Positions 59,655 through 63,691 of a stretch of 63,691 bases of DNA are shown in pieces. The position numbers were made by a program, and so were the translations under genes. The DNA lies in contig CALVJB010000003.1 in the NCBI GenBank assembly GCA_944332025.1, positions 1 to 63,691 on the forward strand, read 5' to 3'. The notes below the pieces were generated by a model. The model had not been told where the DNA came from, ran no database searches, and saw nothing but the letters and a program-made list of their open reading frames with translations. Each line of letters opens with the position of its first letter. Within the stretch, counting starts at the first letter, position 1. Source of the stretch: an uncultured Bacilli bacterium. Its GTDB lineage: Bacteria > Bacillota_I > Bacilli_A > RF39 > UBA660.

Positions 59655-60632
59655 TTACTTTGTCAACTCTAAATATTCACTTACTGGTCCGAAACTCTTT
59701 CTATGTTCATCTATTATTCCATATTTTTTAATGGCCTCTAAATGTTTCTTAGTAGGATAACCTTTATTATTTTTAAAGTCATACATAGGGTATTTACTAT
59801 CTAGTTCATCTAACATTCTATCTCTTGTTACTTTAGCGATGACTGATGCTGCACTTATAGTAATACTTTTTAAATCTCCTTTAATAATAGAAGTACTTGG
59901 AATATCTATATCTAGCCTCATCGCATCTATTAAAACGTGTTCTACTTTACAAGAACAATTATTAATCGCTTCCCTCATAGCCATCTTTGTCGCTTCATAA
60001 ATATTAACTTCATCTATTTTTTTCTCACTTATAATACCAACACCTACTCCTAAAGCTTGTCTCATAATCTCATCATAAAAGTATTCTCTTTTCTTTTCAC
60101 TAAGTTTTTTAGAATCGGTTAAACCATCTAAATTAAAATGTTCTGGTAAAACAACACAAGCAGCGACAACAGGACCTACTAAAGGACCTCTTCCTACTTC
60201 ATCAACTCCAGCGATAAAGTTAATTCCTTCTTTTCTTAATTTTCTTTCAAAATAATAATTATCTTTAAGACATACTTTTAGTTCTAAATCTTTTATTAAC
60301 TTCTTATCTTTAGGTATATTTAATCTTTTCTTTATTTCTAAACACTCTTCTAATGATAAGAATCTATAACTATTAATTAAAACTATATCTTGATATTCAG
60401 GTAAATTACATCCTATTTCAAAGCAATATTTATATTTTACTTCTACACCAAAAGCTCCTATTCTAGTAGGCCAATCTAACTTGTCATAAAACTCTTTAGA
60501 ACAAGTTAAATCTATATCATCTGTCTCATCTATAATATCTTGAACTACTAAAGAAGCTCCACTAATTACTATATATTTATCTTTAGGTAAATCTAATTTT
60601 TCTAACTCTTTAAATATCTCTAACTTATTCAT
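59655..60632 (-). CDS. rnhB: ribonuclease HII with an unusual roughly 120-aa N-terminal extension
   Basis: The RNase HII core starts near residue 137 ([17 protein letters not shown]). The N-terminal extension has a minimal nucleotidyltransferase-like G[SA]...DxD pattern ([20 protein letters not shown]). Confidence 0.85.
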   Translation of the reverse strand: MNKLEIFKELEKLDLPKDKYIVISGASLVVQDIIDETDDIDLTCSKEFYDKLDWPTRIGAFGVEVKYKYCFEIGCNLPEYQDIVLINSYRFLSLEECLEIKKRLNIPKDKKLIKDLELKVCLKDNYYFERKLRKEGINFIAGVDEVGRGPLVGPVVAACVVLPEHFNLDGLTDSKKLSEKKREYFYDEIMRQALGVGVGIISEKKIDEVNIYEATKMAMREAINNCSCKVEHVLIDAMRLDIDIPSTSIIKGDLKSITISAASVIAKVTRDRMLDELDSKYPMYDFKNNKGYPTKKHLEAIKKYGIIDEHRKSFGPVSEYLELTK

Positions 60633-60660
60633 AAACTACATCCTTTACTTTTAACTATCC

Positions 60661-61377
60661 CTATATATTATTAACTGAATAATAAAATATTTTTGCATGA
60701 TTTGTAATATATTGATAATTATCTTTATTTTTTCTATTTTTCTCTAAAAAATTTATTACTATAGATATATCATCAGCATCTTCCATTTTTACCATAACTT
60801 CTTTACCTATACTTAATTGTTCAGCCATTATCTTTTCATTTAACATACTAGGTATAAAGATATAAAAATCTACATCTATATAACTACCACTATCTTCACT
60901 TAGTACTACTCCATTTTTTCTATTAGTAAACACCCTAATAATTTGATACAAAAGGTTATAACTACTACTACAAACATAAATATCTAAGTTAGGAAATCTA
61001 TCTGTTACTTTTTTAACTTCTTCTGTATAACTTAAATTATTAGATACTATCTTCTGATAATCTTCTATAAGTAAAGCCTCATTCAAAGGTAATAAGTTAA
61101 TAATAATTTTTCCTTTAAAGTTATTTAACATATTAAGTGCATCATCTAATGTTAAAATATCATAATAAGTTAATTCACTTAGATTATTATTCTGTATTGT
61201 ATTAATAGTTATCTTATTAGTAGTAACAGGTGAAAATACTAACACCTGCTTATCCCTAGTCATAACTATATCTAACATAACACCAGTTAGTCCTTCTAAA
61301 CTATTAACAGACTCGATAAAGGTTTTATTATTATACAAATTATTTTTATGAGCGATAATCTTCATAATAAAAACCAT
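60661..61377 (-). CDS. hypothetical protein, weakly GDPD-like
   Basis: IIAHKNN...MLDIVMTRDKQVLVF resembles the glycerophosphodiester phosphodiesterase N-terminus, but the catalytic residues are not conserved. Confidence 0.35.
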   Translation of the reverse strand: MVFIMKIIAHKNNLYNNKTFIESVNSLEGLTGVMLDIVMTRDKQVLVFSPVTTNKITINTIQNNNLSELTYYDILTLDDALNMLNNFKGKIIINLLPLNEALLIEDYQKIVSNNLSYTEEVKKVTDRFPNLDIYVCSSSYNLLYQIIRVFTNRKNGVVLSEDSGSYIDVDFYIFIPSMLNEKIMAEQLSIGKEVMVKMEDADDISIVINFLEKNRKNKDNYQYITNHAKIFYYSVNNI

Positions 61378-61414
61378 CCTTTCTTCTATAGAATATGTAG
61401 AAAGGATAGTTTTT

Positions 61415-61852
61415 TTAACTTAATTTCGCTTTTATTTTATTAGATACTTCCTTCATATCACATCTTCCTTTTACTTTAGGAGTAACTACTTTCATTACTT
61501 TACCCATATCTTTTATAGAAGATGCTTCTGTTTCTTTAAAGGCATCACTAATTATTTCATCTACTTCTTCATCTGTTAATGGTTCTGGTAGATATCCTTT
61601 AATAATAGCGATTTCTTTATCTAAGCCTTCTACTAAATCAGTTCTACCTGCTTTACTAAACTCTAATCTAGACTCTTCACGAGTTTTTAACTCTTTGGCA
61701 AGTACATCTATAACTATTTCATCAGTAATTTCAATTTTCTTATCGATACGTTCTTTATCAATAGATGCTTTAATCATTCTAATAACAGAAAGTTTAAACT
61801 TATCTTGTTCTTTCATCGCTTTTACCATATCACTTTTAATTTTATCAAACAT
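61415..61852 (-). CDS. GatB/YqeY domain protein
   Basis: 145-aa ORF with the characteristic N-terminus (IKSDMVKAMKEQDKFKLSVIRMIKA). Confidence 0.85.
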   Translation of the reverse strand: MFDKIKSDMVKAMKEQDKFKLSVIRMIKASIDKERIDKKIEITDEIVIDVLAKELKTREESRLEFSKAGRTDLVEGLDKEIAIIKGYLPEPLTDEEVDEIISDAFKETEASSIKDMGKVMKVVTPKVKGRCDMKEVSNKIKAKLS

Positions 61853-61855
61853 AAT

Positions 61856-62509
61856 CTAATCCTCCTTATTTGTAACTATTTCTTTACTTGTTAGATAATA
61901 ATTATCACCATCTTTAGTAAATGTAAAATTATAAGTATCTTTAACTGTTCCAAATACTCCATCTAAAACTTCTACTGTTAAAATAATATTTTCATCATCA
62001 TCTAAAGTAGCGTCACTTAATTTCATATTAACTGGATCTACACTAACTTCTTCATCTTTAGTAAATACAACATAGCCATTCATAGTATTATCATAAAAAG
62101 CATAATGATTAGCATCCATCTCAAAAGAAGTAGGTGTTATAGTTACATCTGGTCCATATATATCTTTAACTTCATTTTCTATCTCTTCACTAGGAATAAA
62201 ATCTACTATTCCGTCACAACTATAACCAGTAGTATCATCAGTTATATTAATTACATCACAATTAATAGATTCACTAACTGTCATATTTTTATAACCATAA
62301 TATAACATAACCCTAGGACTTGTAACATCTAAAGATTCTATATCATTATAAGCAATTTTATTGTACAATTCTTTAACTTCTTTATCATTAGCAGAAATAC
62401 TATTATTATCTGCATTAAACTTTCTATAAGCAAATATTATACCACCAACAACAAGTTCTAGGATAATAATTGCAACTACAACTTTTATCCATGTATTATT
62501 TTTTTTCAT
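61856..62509 (-). CDS. hypothetical membrane-anchored protein
   Basis: 217-aa ORF with a single N-terminal TM segment. Confidence 0.5.
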   Translation of the reverse strand: MKKNNTWIKVVVAIIILELVVGGIIFAYRKFNADNNSISANDKEVKELYNKIAYNDIESLDVTSPRVMLYYGYKNMTVSESINCDVINITDDTTGYSCDGIVDFIPSEEIENEVKDIYGPDVTITPTSFEMDANHYAFYDNTMNGYVVFTKDEEVSVDPVNMKLSDATLDDDENIILTVEVLDGVFGTVKDTYNFTFTKDGDNYYLTSKEIVTNKED

Positions 62510-62518
62510 TATTTCCTC

Positions 62519-62839
62519 CTATATTTTCTTTTTCTTAATAAAAAACTTTGTATTATAAAATAAGAATATAGCCATTATTACAATATAAGCCCAAGCGATT
62601 ATTGTATAAAGAATGCCATCAGTATAATTACCTGCAATCGCTAAAATACTTTCAGGAATATAGTTATCAATAACAGCAGCAAGGTCAGGAAGTCCTATAT
62701 TATTTTTAATAAATGTTAATATTCTTAAGAAGATATCTACAATTCCTATAAAATAAACAAAACTTGAAAATCTTCTAAAATACATTACTACTATCAATAT
62801 TAAAACAACTAATACCACTAAATCAATATACATAACCAC
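62519..62839 (-). CDS. hypothetical small membrane protein
   Basis: 106-aa ORF with three TM segments. Confidence 0.5.
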   Translation of the reverse strand: MVMYIDLVVLVVLILIVVMYFRRFSSFVYFIGIVDIFLRILTFIKNNIGLPDLAAVIDNYIPESILAIAGNYTDGILYTIIAWAYIVIMAIFLFYNTKFFIKKKKI

Positions 62840-62845
62840 AACTCC

Positions 62846-63382
62846 TTATTTTTCTATAAAATATAGATTATACTGTTTTTCTCTTTCTAAAGTAGTTTCA
62901 TCTCCATGCCCTGGATATAAAGTAATATCATCATTATAAGTTTTAATTCTTTCAATAGATTTATCCATCTCTTCACTACTTCCTGTAGGCAAGTCACATC
63001 TACCAACAGTATCTTTAAAAACAAAATCTCCTACAAACATGGCTTTTTCATCTTTAAAATAAAAGGTAACAGAATCACTACTATGACCTGGTGTCATAAT
63101 AGGAATAAATTTAAAGCTACCCACTTCTACTTCTTTCATATCAGTTAAATTACTCTTCTTAAAGATTTTTAATCTCCTATTAGCATTTAAAAAATCTCTT
63201 AAAGCACCTATATGATCAAAATGAGCATGAGTAACTAAAACACCTATAATTTTATCAGTTCCTACTAATTCTTTAATATCCTTACTATCACTGCCAGGAT
63301 CTACTATTAGACAAGTACCATCCTTACTTAATACATAACAATTCTCTTCTAACGCCCCTGTTACTATTTTTTTAATCTCCAT
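62846..63382 (-). CDS. MBL-fold metallo-hydrolase
   Basis: THAHFDH motif. The likely start is MEIKK at 63382, preceded by the SD aggag. The ORF track extends to 63493. Confidence 0.85.
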   Translation of the reverse strand: MEIKKIVTGALEENCYVLSKDGTCLIVDPGSDSKDIKELVGTDKIIGVLVTHAHFDHIGALRDFLNANRRLKIFKKSNLTDMKEVEVGSFKFIPIMTPGHSSDSVTFYFKDEKAMFVGDFVFKDTVGRCDLPTGSSEEMDKSIERIKTYNDDITLYPGHGDETTLEREKQYNLYFIEK

Positions 63383-63536
63383 ATATAATCTCCTATCTAC
63401 ATAATATATGATAGAAAAAATTAGCTTAAACGTCAAGCGAAAAAGAACATTTATTTGCCATTTTGATATATATTCACGTCTAATTTTCTTCAAAAAGAGA
63501 ACTATATCTTAATATAGTAGATATAGTTGCATATCT

Positions 63537-63691
63537 TTACATTAACATTGTTATTTGTTTTTTAGATAGTCCAGTTAGTTCACTTATTAAAGGTATATCC
63601 ATCTTTTTAGCAAGCATTGATTTAGCAATAGATTTTTCTCTTTCTTTTGCACCTTCTTTTCTACCTTCTTTTCTACCTTCTTTTCTGCCAT
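63537..63691 (-). CDS. 3' end of a third Rpn/YhgA-like gene (truncated by the window edge)
   Basis: It encodes ...EGRKEGRKEGAKEREKSIAKSMLAKKMDIPLISELTGLSKKQITMLM, the family-typical C-terminal tail. Confidence 0.6.
   Translation of the reverse strand, partial: GRKEGRKEGRKEGAKEREKSIAKSMLAKKMDIPLISELTGLSKKQITMLM

Noticed and set aside
1-63691. Mollicutes-type genetic code, with TGA read as Trp, considered because of the extreme AT-richness.
   Set aside because: Long conserved genes (topA, relA, secDF, addA, the P-type ATPase) read through uninterrupted under the standard code. TGA also serves as a stop codon, for example at 37750-37752 and 11701-11703.

Overview
This is a strongly AT-rich chromosomal segment from a low-GC Gram-positive bacterium (Bacillota, Erysipelotrichia/Clostridia-like). 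It uses the standard genetic code, and almost every gene is on the minus strand. All family calls come from motif recognition by eye; no database search was possible.

Housekeeping content:
- Two separated pieces of the dcw cell-wall cluster: pbp2B-mraY-ftsW at 44.2-48.4 kb and murG-murB-divIB at 6.1-8.8 kb.
- addAB, relA, dtd, secDF, comN, rpmF/yceD, uppP, topA, rnhB and two tRNAs.
- Metal and cation transporters: ZIP, CDF and a P-type ATPase.
- An SPFH/NfeD pair, two Nudix hydrolases, an OmpR-type two-component system, and a sortase B with its substrate.

Accessory content:
- An IS1202/ISNCY-like element with 28-bp target duplications, and an IS4-like element.
- Two inverted copies, plus a third partial copy at the window edge, of a split Rpn/YhgA-like nuclease-transposase gene.
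- An AbiEi/AbiEii toxin-antitoxin pair and an ORF6N-domain gene.
- A decayed yhcG-like nuclease gene.
- Two HipA-like kinase genes, one of them in an overlapping operon with an unknown 393-aa gene.

The strongest signal is in two paralogous surface-protein genes (3029-4879 and 37750-39465).
- Both carry short GC-rich, adenine-poor blocks at the 3' ends of lectin-like modules.
- The two blocks in the first gene differ almost only at codon positions that would be adenines of AAY codons in a shared template. That is the signature of variable regions of a diversity-generating retroelement (DGR).
- No reverse transcriptase, template repeat or Avd gene lies in this window.
- An IS element abuts the stop codon of the second gene.
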